NCBI GenBank assembly: GCA_004431415.1
Contig: QPMI01000091.1
Location: 1 to 64,000, forward strand
DNA: 64,000 bases
Source of the DNA: Cyanophora paradoxa CCMP329
Lineage: Eukaryota > Plantae > Glaucophyta
Direction of reading: 5' to 3'
Both the position numbers and the translations under genes were made by a program. The notes beneath the pieces were generated by a model. It made no database searches. It had not been told where the DNA came from and saw nothing but the letters and a program-made list of their open reading frames with translations. Shown here piece by piece: positions 63,201 to 64,000 of this stretch (within the stretch, counting starts at the first letter, position 1; each line of letters begins with the position of its first letter).

Positions 63201-64000
63201 GGCAGGAAAGTCAGTTCAGGGACAGGGGTCCTGTCGTCCTTTCCAATTGTAACCATGCCTAGGCGCAGTGGGTCAAGAACCTTCTCCGAAATGGACTTGA
63301 AAGAAATGCCCCAATCATCTCCTTCAACAGGGTCTCGCCCATTCACCATCTTAAACAGTCCGTTGTAAGACCAATCGATGCGCTTGTATTTCCCTTTGGT
63401 CTTAGCCTTCTCAAATGCTCCTCCAAACCATTTGATGAGGACATCAAAGACACACTTCCCAACCTTGAATGAGTCACCTTTTAAGAACATTTCCTTGAAT
63501 GTGGTGGCTTGGGGTTCCCTTCGTTTTAATGAAATTCGAAATAATCATGGGAGCGTTTGTATTGTCTCTGAGAACTTGTTCATTTCTTGGGATGTATTCT
63601 TCATTATCTGTCGTGATGACTCTTTCAATTGTCATAATATCGGGGTAGGTATCTTGCTCAATTAGTTTTAGGTAGCGGAAATCTTGATTGGTCGAGTTAA
63701 ACTCGATGACTGCTGCAATAAATTCAGCAATGACGGTCCCTCAACACATGGAACGTATTGAACGTGGATTGAACCAGACCAAGAGCATTCAGAAAAGCTG
63801 CCTTGGTACACTGGATACCAAAGGGGCGATTGTTCCGAAGCCTCTTCGATTCGATGTAGGTCACACCATTCTCAGTGACCCTGTTCGCGTTTGCGGGAGC
63901 CTGTTCTCCCTCTTGCAACTCACGGAAGAGTCTCACATTCAGAGTGACCATGTTTCCAGGTGAGTTTTCAACAAACTCACGAAGGTTAGCCATCAATTGC
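60231..64000 (-). CDS. Protein-primed family B DNA polymerase fused to SF1 helicase and C-terminal His-Me (HNH-like) domain; several frameshifts
   Basis: PolB motifs FDMCKAYP, KQILVSAIG, LNTDC; helicase GSVPGVGKT, IVIDE, GDPYQNPP, AYANTCHVVQGDT, LYVALTR; C-terminal CLRC..SVDRINN..H...N..CN. Confidence 0.85.

Larger units (their letters stand above)
58776..64000 (-). mobile_element. Polinton/Maverick- or PLV-like endogenous virus (one end; continues beyond the window)
   Basis: Abrupt switch to AT-rich intronless DNA; rve integrase plus protein-primed PolB; terminal tandem repeats. Confidence 0.88.

Overview
Eukaryotic nuclear DNA from a GC-rich alga/protist with many short (about 50-110 nt) spliceosomal introns. 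Phe-initiated plastid-type transit peptides suggest a glaucophyte such as Cyanophora; this is an inference, not a database result. A ~47 kb block of host genes (coiled-coil protein, SnoaL/His-rich protein, F-box/LRR, tRNA-Leu, endonuclease III, acidic protein, bZIP, INTS7, cytosolic GluRS, MED20, YacP-like NYN, ATG5, WDR5, TOPBP1-like, GST-N/Grx, SEH1, HINT, FAB1-like) lies between two compositionally different, apparently intronless virus-like elements, both cut by the window edges. LEFT (1 to ~11.6 kb): a fibre/adhesin cassette (phage tail-fibre motifs, S74 chaperone, FN3+Gly-rich protein), a tandem pair of unknown paralogues, a degenerate HNH protein, three telomere-like (ACTTGGG)n arrays with shared flanks arranged as inverted and direct repeats, and a palindrome-rich probable terminus. 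RIGHT (58,776 to end): an AT-rich Polinton/PLV-like element with an iteron-like terminal repeat, an rve integrase and a pPolB-SF1 helicase-HNH fusion. Viral ORFs are broken by frameshifts; those inspected in detail are single-base deletions, which may be sequencing errors. Host gene boundaries were reconstructed by eye and are approximate.
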